DNA of 64,000 bases from Spirochaetales bacterium (GTDB taxonomy: Bacteria > Spirochaetota > Spirochaetia > Treponematales > Treponemataceae), in contig QKAR01000114.1 of NCBI GenBank assembly GCA_003246335.1, positions 920 through 64,919 on the forward strand. Reading direction: 5' to 3'. Below, piece after piece: positions 33,895-43,743 of the stretch (positions are counted from its first letter, which is position 1; every line of letters begins with the position of its first letter). Under the pieces are notes generated by a model. The model ran no database searches and was not told the DNA's origin. It was given only the letters and a program-made list of their open reading frames with translations. The position numbers and the translations under genes are program-made.

Positions 33895-35712
33895 TTACGC
33901 GTCCACCTCGGGAAGAAGATTTTTCATGATGAACTCGCGCCGCTCGGGCGTGTTCTTTCCCATGTAGAACTCAAGTATTCCCGGAACGTTCTTGAGCGCC
34001 TGCACGGTGACCGGCAAAAGCCGGATGTCGTCGCCGATGAATTGCCCGAATTCGCTCGGGTTAATCTCTCCGAGACCCTTGAACCGGGTTACTTCCGCGG
34101 ACGAGCCGAGCCGAGCGACCGATGCGTCGCGTTCCTTTTCCGAATAGCAATACGTCGTCTCTTTTTTATTGCGCACGCGGAACAGCGGCGTCTCCAGGAT
34201 ATACACGCGGCCGCTCGTCACGAGCTCCTCGAAAAAACTGAGGAAGAACGTCAGCAGCAGGTTGCGGATGTGGAAACCGTCGTTATCGGCATCGGTCGCG
34301 ACGACGATCTTCGAGTAGCGCAGGCCCTCGATATCGTTCTCGATTCCGAGCGCCATCATCACGTTATAGAGCTCCGCGTTCCGGTAAATGTCGGCGCGCT
34401 TTTTCCCGAACATGTTCTCGCACTTGCCCCTCAGGCTGAAAATCGCCTGGGTGAGCACGTTCCGGCTTGACACCATCGAGCCCGAGGCCGAGTCTCCCTC
34501 CGTGAGGAAAATCATCGAACCCTCGCCGCCTTTCGAGTCGCCGAGGTGATATTTGCAGTCCTTGAGCTTCGGGATCTTGAGCGCGATTTTTTTCGCCGCT
34601 TCCTTCGCCTCTTTTTTTACGCTGTTAAGCTCGGTGCGAAGCGTTTCGTTCGCGAGGATTTTCTGCTCAAGGGAGCGGGCCGCGTCCGGGTTCTTGTGGA
34701 GCCAATCGTCCACGGCTGCCTTCGTCTCGTTCACGATCCACGAGCGGACCTCGGTGTTGCCGAGCTTATTCTTGGTTTGGCTCTCGAAAACGGGCGCCTG
34801 AATTTTTACCGCGACGGCGGCGGCCGTTCCCTCGCGCACGTCCTCGCTCTTATAGTTTTTGCGGTAATACTCGTTAATGCCCTTGAGAAAGCCTTCCTTA
34901 AAGGCCGAAAGGTGCGTGCCGCCGTCAGACGTGAACTGGCCGTTCACGAACGAAAAATAATTCTCGCCGTAGTTGTTCGTGTGCGTGAACGCGATCTCAA
35001 GCTGGCTGCCCTTGTAATAGCCCACTTGATACAGCGGTTCCTCGCCGACTTCCGCCTCCAGGAGATCAAGGAGGCCGTTCTTAGAGGTGTACTTCTCGCC
35101 GTTAAAATTGAGGACGAGTCCGGCGTTGAGATAGGCGTAATTCCACACGCGCTTTTGCAGGAATTCAATGTTGAACTCGTAATCGGGAAAAAGCTCGTCG
35201 TCGGGAATGAACTCTACGAGGGTCCCGTTCTTGACGTCCCCCTTGACCGTTCCTTTACGCTCGCTTTTGAGCACGCCGCGCTCGAACACGGCCTCGGCGC
35301 ATTTCCCGTCGCGAACGCTCATGACGCGAAACCATTTCGAAAGCGCGTTGACCGCCTTCGTGCCGACGCCGTTAAGCCCGACCGAGAACTGAAACACGTC
35401 GTCGTTGTATTTCGCGCCGGTGTTGATCACCGAAACGCATTCAACGACTTTTCCGAGCGGTATTCCCCGTCCGTAATCGCGGACGGAAACTTGGTTATTC
35501 TTGAGGACGATGTCGATTTGACGGCCGTTTCCCATAATGAACTCGTCGATGGAGTTATCGATGACTTCCTTCACGAGCACGTAAATGCCGTCGTCGGGGT
35601 TCGACCCATCGCCCAATCGTCCGATATACATGCCAGTCCTGAGGCGGATATGCTCCAGGGAACTCAATGTCTTGATTTTCGATTCATCGTAATCTGCGGT
35701 TTTTTTGGCCAT
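33895..35712 (-). CDS. parE: DNA topoisomerase IV subunit B
   Basis: LEHIRLRTGMYIG, EVIDNSIDE, DYGRGIP, GLNGVGTKAVN, TEGDSA, TDADNDG, RFKGLGEI. Start ATG 35712. Confidence 0.88.
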   Translation of the reverse strand: MAKKTADYDESKIKTLSSLEHIRLRTGMYIGRLGDGSNPDDGIYVLVKEVIDNSIDEFIMGNGRQIDIVLKNNQVSVRDYGRGIPLGKVVECVSVINTGAKYNDDVFQFSVGLNGVGTKAVNALSKWFRVMSVRDGKCAEAVFERGVLKSERKGTVKGDVKNGTLVEFIPDDELFPDYEFNIEFLQKRVWNYAYLNAGLVLNFNGEKYTSKNGLLDLLEAEVGEEPLYQVGYYKGSQLEIAFTHTNNYGENYFSFVNGQFTSDGGTHLSAFKEGFLKGINEYYRKNYKSEDVREGTAAAVAVKIQAPVFESQTKNKLGNTEVRSWIVNETKAAVDDWLHKNPDAARSLEQKILANETLRTELNSVKKEAKEAAKKIALKIPKLKDCKYHLGDSKGGEGSMIFLTEGDSASGSMVSSRNVLTQAIFSLRGKCENMFGKKRADIYRNAELYNVMMALGIENDIEGLRYSKIVVATDADNDGFHIRNLLLTFFLSFFEELVTSGRVYILETPLFRVRNKKETTYCYSEKERDASVARLGSSAEVTRFKGLGEINPSEFGQFIGDDIRLLPVTVQALKNVPGILEFYMGKNTPERREFIMKNLLPEVDA

Positions 35713-35761
35713 AACGGGCATGAGTATAGCAGAAAATCGCGCAAACGTCAGGATGCGGAAA

Positions 35762-36985
35762 TCATTCCCCGGGAGAGACGGTCGAAGCCTCGCCGGCGAC
35801 CGAGGCATGGAGTTCGTCACGCTGAGCGACGAGAAGAGACCGTTCCGTCGCGCCATTCTCGACGGCCCGTCGAGCGGCCTCGTTTTGCTCCTGAAGCCGC
35901 GCGATTTTTCGGTCATTTTCGGCGATGGAGCGACGAGCGGCGGCGTCAGCGCGGTCGACGCTCTCTATCTTCACCGACAGTTCCATAATCTCGATGCGCC
36001 GGCGAACCGCCGCGGTCTCCGCGCGGTATTGAGCGACGAGCTCAAGCTGACGCGCGTAGGCGCCCATGTCGCTAAAGGAATTCCCGTCACTCGCGTCGCC
36101 GAGGAGAGATCGCCCTTCCTCGTCGAGAAACTTATCGGCGTACTCGCGGGCGACTTGCGCGGTTTGCGCGTCGATGCGGCGATCGAAATCGCGGATGGAA
36201 AGTCGCAGGGATTCGACGCGTTTTCCCGGTTTTCCCCCGGCCCCGCGCGCCGATAAGGATTCCTCGACGGCGCTAAAGTCGGAATCGACGGAGCCGGCCC
36301 GCTGCTTGATTCCGTTGAGTCGCTCAAGGGACTCGCGAACGCCGGAGTAAGTCGAGGAAAGCTCGGGGCCGTAGCGGCCTTCGTCGACGGATCGAGCGAA
36401 TTCGCCCGAGTCGACGACGCGACGGGCGCCCTCGGTCAAGATCTTGCCGAATTGCTCCTGGCGCGCGCGTATGTTCGAGGAAAGGCCCCAAAGACGGAAG
36501 TAAATCGGTAGTTTCGCGAAAAGTGCCGAGCGGGACAGGTCCTCGCGCGCGGCGGCCTTTTTGACCTCGGCGCGTTCGATGGATTCCCTCACGGAGCTCG
36601 CGCTTGCCCACGCTTCACCGAAAAGTTCGGCGTCCCGTTCTGGGTCGTAATGGTCGAAGAAAAGCTTTCCCATGCGGGCATACCGCTCGTCGAGCTGATC
36701 GGTTTCTTCGGCGAGCGTCCTTTCGAGCTCCCTGCGGAAATTCGAGAGCTCTTGTTGACGGGTCACCGCGGACTTGATGTCGAGCATCGTCTGGGCGTCG
36801 GCCTCGCGTTGCCGCATGAGCTCTTTCCACCCGGAAACCCGCTCTGCGGGCACCGCGCCGCCCGCGCCGTCGGCCGAATCCCGCATGAGCCGTTCGCCGA
36901 ACTGTCGGTAATACGCCGATAGCCGTTCCCTTTTTTCGTCGAGCTCGGCGGTCAAGAGCTGGATGTTCCTGCGTAGTGAATCCAT
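35762..36985 (-). CDS. Hypothetical long coiled-coil protein
   Basis: Heptad-rich Glu/Arg/Ala/Leu helical sequence. ATG 36985 follows a TTGTCA-17-TACTAT promoter. Confidence 0.75.
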   Translation of the reverse strand: MDSLRRNIQLLTAELDEKRERLSAYYRQFGERLMRDSADGAGGAVPAERVSGWKELMRQREADAQTMLDIKSAVTRQQELSNFRRELERTLAEETDQLDERYARMGKLFFDHYDPERDAELFGEAWASASSVRESIERAEVKKAAAREDLSRSALFAKLPIYFRLWGLSSNIRARQEQFGKILTEGARRVVDSGEFARSVDEGRYGPELSSTYSGVRESLERLNGIKQRAGSVDSDFSAVEESLSARGAGGKPGKRVESLRLSIRDFDRRIDAQTAQVAREYADKFLDEEGRSLLGDASDGNSFSDMGAYARQLELVAQYRAETAAVRRRIEIMELSVKIESVDRADAAARRSIAENDRKIARLQEQNEAARRAVENGATERSLLVAQRDELHASVAGEASTVSPGE

Positions 36986-36991
36986 GGCGCC

Positions 36992-37042
36992 ATAGTAGCG
37001 GGATATTATTTTCTTGACAATAGACGGCCCCAAACTTACGAT
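36992..37042. promoter_or_regulatory. Back-to-back promoters sharing one -35 element
   Basis: Plus strand: TTGACA(37014-19)-17-TACGAT(37037-42). Minus strand: TTGTCA(37020-15)-17-TACTAT(36997-92). Confidence 0.7.
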
Positions 37043-37097
37043 TAACGGGTAACGGCGTGAGCCGCTCTACGTTTCTCGAACGCGAAAGGAGCACGTA

Positions 37098-39182
37098 ATG
37101 GGATTTTCCACGGATTTCGTACGAACTGTCGCCGTCGCGGGACATGGGCAAACAGGAAAGACTACCCTTGTCGAGCAACTGCTTTTCGCTGCGGGTATGC
37201 TGCAAAAGGCCGAAACCGTAGAGTCGGGAAAAACCGTGAGCGATTGGACGAGCGAGGAAATCGATCGGAAGATTTCAATTTATTCGTCGCTCGCGCACCT
37301 TTCGTGGGAAAACACGAACGTGAACCTGTGGGACACGCCGGGTTCGTCCGATTTTATCGGCGAGGTCATTTCCGCGTTTCGCGCTTCCGAACTCGCCCTC
37401 ATGGTCATAGACGGGCGATCGGGCGTCCAGATCGAGACGATAAAACTCTGGAGAAACCTCGATAGAAGGAATAAGCCGAGACTCGTCGCGATAAATCGCG
37501 TTGACGACGAGCGGGCCGATTATGCGGGCGCGGTACAGGACATCCACTCCCAGTTCGAGGCCGAAGTCTGCCCGGTAACCATACCGATCGGGTCGGGAGA
37601 GAAGCTCCTCGGCGTGATCGACGTGCTTCACGAAAAAGCGTACGAAATATCGGGGGGAACCGAACGCGAAATCCCGATACCGGAAGCGATGAAAGCGGAA
37701 TTTTCGCGTGCGCGCGAAGTCCTCGCCGGCGCCGCGGCGGAGGGTGACGACGAGCTTCTCGTCAAGTTTATCGATCAGGCGGGTCTCAACGCCGAGGATA
37801 TCGAGCGGGGCCTGAAGCTTGCCATCGCCGACAACCGAATCGTGCCGGCTTTCGCGACCTGCGCGAAAACCGGCCTTGGCTGCCGCGCGCTGCTCGATTT
37901 CATCGCGAGGATAGTCCCTCCCCCCGCGGGCGCGATCGAAATGGCGCAGAGCGCCGATGGGCTTGAGCTCGCGGTTAAGGTTGACTCAAGACTGCCCCTC
38001 TCAGCCCTCGTGATAAAAACCTCCAACGACCAATTCTCGGGAAAACTCTCATACGTGAAGGTAATCACCGGCACGCTCGCCGCGGACGCGGAAGCGTTCA
38101 ACGTCAGCGAGGGCAAAAAAGAGAAGATAGGGAAACTGTACCGCGCGCTCGGGAAAAAACTCGTGGAGGCGCGCGAGCTCGCCGCGGGCGACGTCGGCGT
38201 CGCGACGAAGCTTCCGTACGCGAAAACGAACGACACGCTGGGCGCGAGTCCCGAAACACCCGCCTTCGTCAAGCTGCGCACGCCAAACCCGGTCTATTCC
38301 ATGGCCGTCGCCGCCAAGGACAAAAAAGACGACGACAAACTCGGTGAACTTCTCACCCGCTCATGCGAGGAAGACAAAACGCTCTCGTATGCCTTCAATC
38401 CCGAGACACGGCAAAACGTCCTTTCGGGAATGGGCGACCTTCACATATCGATCGTGCTCGCCCGCGCCAGGGCCCTGACGAAAATCGATTTCGTCACCTC
38501 GGTCCCGCGCATCGCGTATCGCGAAACGATACAGCGCAAGGCGCAGGCGGAATACACGCATAAAAAACAATCGGGCGGCCATGGCCAATACGCGCGCGTC
38601 GTGCTCGCGATACAGGATCTGCCCCGCGGCGAAACCTACTCATTCACGAACGCGGTGTTCGGCGGCGCCATCTCAAAGGGGTACATTCCCGGCATCGAGA
38701 AAGGCGTCAAGGAAGCGATGGAATCCGGGGTACTCGCCGGATATCCGGTCGTTGACGTCGCGGTCACCGTGCTTGACGGAAAAGAGCACCCCGTAGACTC
38801 CTCGGAAATGGCGTTTAAGATTGCCGCGCGCAACGCCTTCAAGGATGCCATGCGGAACGCGGGGGCGATTTTGCTCGAGCCGATCATGAGCCTGACGGTT
38901 TTCGTCGATGAAAAAAACCTCGGAGACATCATGAGCGACCTTTCTTCCCGCCGAGGCCATATTCTTGGGCAAGAAAGCCTCGGTACCGGGATAGAGGAAA
39001 TCAGGGCGCAGGTGCCGCACCATGAACTGCTAAAATACGCGATCGACCTGCGGTCGATGACGAGCGGGACGGGATCGTTCGAAATGTCCTTCGACCACTA
39101 CAGCCCGATTTCGGGGAAAATAGCCGACGAGGTCATCGCGACCGCGAAGGATTTCATGACGCGGCAGGCCGAGGACGACTAA
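37098..39182 (+). CDS. fusA2: Elongation factor G paralog (EF-G2 type) with divergent G-domain
   Basis: GHGQTGKTT, DTPG, YRETI..., HKKQSGGHGQY, KEHPVDSSEMAF, ILLEPIM, LRSMTSG.GSF. Confidence 0.9.
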   Translation: MGFSTDFVRTVAVAGHGQTGKTTLVEQLLFAAGMLQKAETVESGKTVSDWTSEEIDRKISIYSSLAHLSWENTNVNLWDTPGSSDFIGEVISAFRASELALMVIDGRSGVQIETIKLWRNLDRRNKPRLVAINRVDDERADYAGAVQDIHSQFEAEVCPVTIPIGSGEKLLGVIDVLHEKAYEISGGTEREIPIPEAMKAEFSRAREVLAGAAAEGDDELLVKFIDQAGLNAEDIERGLKLAIADNRIVPAFATCAKTGLGCRALLDFIARIVPPPAGAIEMAQSADGLELAVKVDSRLPLSALVIKTSNDQFSGKLSYVKVITGTLAADAEAFNVSEGKKEKIGKLYRALGKKLVEARELAAGDVGVATKLPYAKTNDTLGASPETPAFVKLRTPNPVYSMAVAAKDKKDDDKLGELLTRSCEEDKTLSYAFNPETRQNVLSGMGDLHISIVLARARALTKIDFVTSVPRIAYRETIQRKAQAEYTHKKQSGGHGQYARVVLAIQDLPRGETYSFTNAVFGGAISKGYIPGIEKGVKEAMESGVLAGYPVVDVAVTVLDGKEHPVDSSEMAFKIAARNAFKDAMRNAGAILLEPIMSLTVFVDEKNLGDIMSDLSSRRGHILGQESLGTGIEEIRAQVPHHELLKYAIDLRSMTSGTGSFEMSFDHYSPISGKIADEVIATAKDFMTRQAEDD

Positions 39183-39198
39183 GGAGCGACGTAAAACC

Positions 39199-39237
39199 AA
39201 AAAGGCGGTCCGGCTTCGCGCCGAACCGCCTTTTTTT
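39199..39237. terminator. Bidirectional terminator between the EF-G paralog and citrate synthase
   Basis: A5-GGCGG...CCGCC-T7. Confidence 0.85.
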
Positions 39238-39296
39238 GTCGCGGGAAGCAGCCCAACGAACGTGGCTTTCGAGTTTTCTCGAGCGAGCGCGAGCGC

Positions 39297-40658
39297 TTAG
39301 CGGCGGTCGTCGAGCTTAACGTACTCGCGGAATTCGCCGACTTGCTTAAACGCCGGTCGATAGATGCGACCGCCCGAGACGATTTCTTCCAGTCGGTGCG
39401 CTGACCAGCCGGCGATGCGGGAAATGGCGAAAATCGGGGTATACAGCTCGCGCGGAATGCCGAGCATCGAGTACACGAAACCGGAGAAAAAGTCGACGTT
39501 CGTGCAGATGCGCTTGTCGTCGCCTTTTTCTTCCTTAAAAATTTGCGGGAAAATTCGCTCGATGAGGCAATACAGTTCGTATTCCTCGGTGCATTTCTTC
39601 ACTTCCGCGAGCTTGCGAGCCTTTTCCCTGAGCAAAAGCGCGCGCGGATCGGAAATCGTATACACCGCGTGGCCCTGCCCATAGACGAGCCCGGTGCGGT
39701 CGAAAGCCTCTTTTCTCACGATTTTGCGCAAATAATCGCCAACTTCGCGCTCGCTCGACCAATCCTTCACGTTCGCCTTAATGTCATCCATCATTTCGGC
39801 GACCTTAATGTTCGCGCCGCCATGCCTTCGGCCCTTAAGCGAGCCAACCGCCGCGCCGATGGACGAATAGGTATCGGTATCGGCCGAGGAAACGACGTGA
39901 ACCGTCAAGCTCGAGTTATTTCCGCCGCCATGCTCGGCGTGCAGGATGAGGGAGAGGTCAAGGATTTCGGCCTCGAGCTTATCGTAATTTTTATCGGCCC
40001 GAATCATGCGGAGGAAATTCTCCGCCGTCGAGAGGTTCGGAAGGGGATTATGCAGGTACATGCTCTTCCCGTCGTAATGGCGGCGTTTCGCCTGATACCC
40101 GTACGCGACCATGGTCGGAAAGCGCGCTATGAGCTGGACGCACTGCAAAAGGTTATTCGCGATCGAAACGTCCTCGGGATTGGGATCGTAGGAATACGAA
40201 ACAAGGACCGACCGCGCGAGCTTATTCATAATGTCCGAAGACGGCGACTTCAGGATCATGTCCTCGACGAAGTTATTCGGCAATTCGCGATAATCGCCGA
40301 GCATCGCGTCGAACTCCGCGAGCTGGGAAGCGTTCGGAAGTTCCCCGAACAGGAGCAAATAGACGACCTGCTCGTAGCCGAATTGGTCATTGCTCTCGAT
40401 ATCGCTAATAATGTCGACGACGTCATACCCGCGGTAAATAAGCTTTCCGGGAACGGCGACGGGTTTTCCGTCGACTACGTCGTAGCCATAGACGTTACCG
40501 ATGCGCGTAAGACCGACCAGCACGCCTTTTCCGTCCGCGTCCCGAAGCCCGCGTTTTACGTCATATTTTGTATATAATTCGGGGTCAATGTAATCGTTAG
40601 CGGTCGCCATTTTCGCAAGATCGTTGAGAACGGCGAGATTCGGGGACTCATACTGCAT
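39297..40658 (-). CDS. gltA: Citrate synthase
   Basis: GKLIYRGY, HAEHGGGNNSS, HGGAN, YGQGHAVY, NVDFFSG, RIAGWSAH. Confidence 0.93.
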   Translation of the reverse strand: MQYESPNLAVLNDLAKMATANDYIDPELYTKYDVKRGLRDADGKGVLVGLTRIGNVYGYDVVDGKPVAVPGKLIYRGYDVVDIISDIESNDQFGYEQVVYLLLFGELPNASQLAEFDAMLGDYRELPNNFVEDMILKSPSSDIMNKLARSVLVSYSYDPNPEDVSIANNLLQCVQLIARFPTMVAYGYQAKRRHYDGKSMYLHNPLPNLSTAENFLRMIRADKNYDKLEAEILDLSLILHAEHGGGNNSSLTVHVVSSADTDTYSSIGAAVGSLKGRRHGGANIKVAEMMDDIKANVKDWSSEREVGDYLRKIVRKEAFDRTGLVYGQGHAVYTISDPRALLLREKARKLAEVKKCTEEYELYCLIERIFPQIFKEEKGDDKRICTNVDFFSGFVYSMLGIPRELYTPIFAISRIAGWSAHRLEEIVSGGRIYRPAFKQVGEFREYVKLDDRR

Positions 40659-40683
40659 AATCTTTCCCTCCGAGAGTGATATG

Positions 40684-40782
40684 CGAATATTTATACAACT
40701 CTTTCAGTGTTTACTCAAGTATACATTCTCAAAAAAAGAGTGAAGTAATGAAAAATTCACCGAATCAATGCATAAATATACA
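40684..40782. promoter_or_regulatory. gltA promoter with ARG-box-like sites
   Basis: Minus strand TTGAGT(40718-13)-17-TATAAA(40695-90). CGAATATTTATACA (40684-97) overlaps the -10; TGCATAAATATACA at 40769-82. Confidence 0.5.
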
Positions 40783-40794
40783 TCACAAAAACCT

Positions 40795-40823
40795 TTGACG
40801 CGCCGGAATGAAAATGATATTCT
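40795..40823 (+). promoter_or_regulatory. Sigma70-type promoter of asnS
   Basis: TTGACG-17-TATTCT with an extended -10 TG, 8 nt before ATG 40832. Confidence 0.7.
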
Positions 40824-40831
40824 TTGCTACC

Positions 40832-42239
<1,408 letters not shown>

Positions 42240-42253
<14 letters not shown>

Positions 42254-43685
42254 TAAAAACCGATTACCCGCGCGCGGATTGCGCGCCTTTGCCGTCGCCT
42301 GCGTCGCGGCATCCATCGCGCTTGGAGTCTCGTACGCCGTAGCGCGCGGTAGAGTCCTCAACCCGCGGGCGCGCGTCATCAGCGCGGCGGAGGCCGAGCT
42401 CGCTCGGCTCGCGTGGCGCAACTCGACGCCGGACGAACGCTTTGGCGACGCGCCTGAGCTCTCCCCCCTGAGGTTGCCGGAAGGCATACCCGCGCCGAGC
42501 GACGCGGACCTCTCGGCGAATATCCACGCGCGCGCGGCGATACTCGTCGACGCTACGACGGGCGCCGTTTTGTTCGAGAAAGACGCCGACGAAAAAATCC
42601 CCCCCGCGTCAATGACGAAACTCGTCGCGCTCTACGTCGCATTCCGCGCCGCCGCGGCGGGCGAGATCGGCTTCGACGACGTAGTCACGCTTCCTCCGGA
42701 TTCTTGGGCCGTGAACATCCCGCCCGGATCGTCGCTCATGTTTCTCGGAGAGGGTCAGCGCGTAACCGTGCGGGAACTCTTCGCCGGCATGGCGGTAGCC
42801 TCCGGCAACGACGCGGCGATCGCCATCGCCTATCACGTCGCCGGCGGCGTCGCGCCCTTCGTCGAGCGCATGAACGGCGAAATGGAGAGGCTCGGCCTTT
42901 CCGGCACGACGTTCGATGAACCTTCGGGATTAAGCGAGCGCAATTTTACCTCGACCCGAGAATTCGCCGATTTCTGCCTCGTGTACACGAAAGAATATCC
43001 CGAGGCGCTCAAGGCTTTTCACTCCCTCGAAAAAATCGAATACCCGAATCCCTGGAATTTACCCGCAGGAAGCGCGCAAAAGCCGTATGTTCAGCGCGCG
43101 ACCAATCACTTACTCGGCGTATTGCCCGGCTGCGATGGGCTGAAAACCGGCTTCATCTACGAGTCGGGCTACAACCTCGCGCTCACCGCGATGCGCAACG
43201 GCACGCGGTTTATTTCCGTCACGATGGGCGGGCCGGGAAATGGCTCTGCCGAGGGAAGCAGGCTCCGCAGCGAGGACGGCGCGCGATTGATGGAATGGGC
43301 GTTCGCGAACTTTCAGACGGTCCGTCCGGAACAACCGCGATCCTACCCCATCGCGGTATTCGGCGGCACCGAACGCGCGATAATGGCCATCGCGGCCGAC
43401 GCGGTCGCTTTCACCGCGCCGCGGGATGGTCTCGGCGAAACGCCGCCCAGCGGCGGACAGCCCGCAGGAATGGAGACGTCGGTAACGAGTGAAAGATTTC
43501 TTCGCGCTCCGATCGCCGCCGGGGACGTCGTCGGGACGATTCGCTATAGCGTGAACGGAAAAATTTATCGAGAGGTGCAGCTCGTGGCGGATCGGGGCGT
43601 CGCTCGCTCGAACGCGCTCGATCGAGCGAAAGACGCGCTACTCATCCCGTTCGCCGAGCTCGCGGCAAAGAAAGCGCGGAACTGA
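42240..43685 (+). CDS. D-alanyl-D-alanine carboxypeptidase (peptidase S11), membrane-anchored; start codon uncertain
   Basis: PPASMTK (SxxK), SGNDAA (SxN), DGLKTGF (KTG), N-terminal TM. Confidence 0.9.
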
Positions 43686-43743
43686 AGCGCGACGAGCACC
43701 ACGCTCGGCGCGACGCCGCGATTCTCCGCCGCCAGTTTTCTTT

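Noticed and set aside
31773-35712. Calling the topoisomerase pair gyrB/gyrA
   Set aside because: No GyrA-box or full pinwheel CTD is visible and the B subunit is short, so topo IV type is preferred; phylogeny would settle it.
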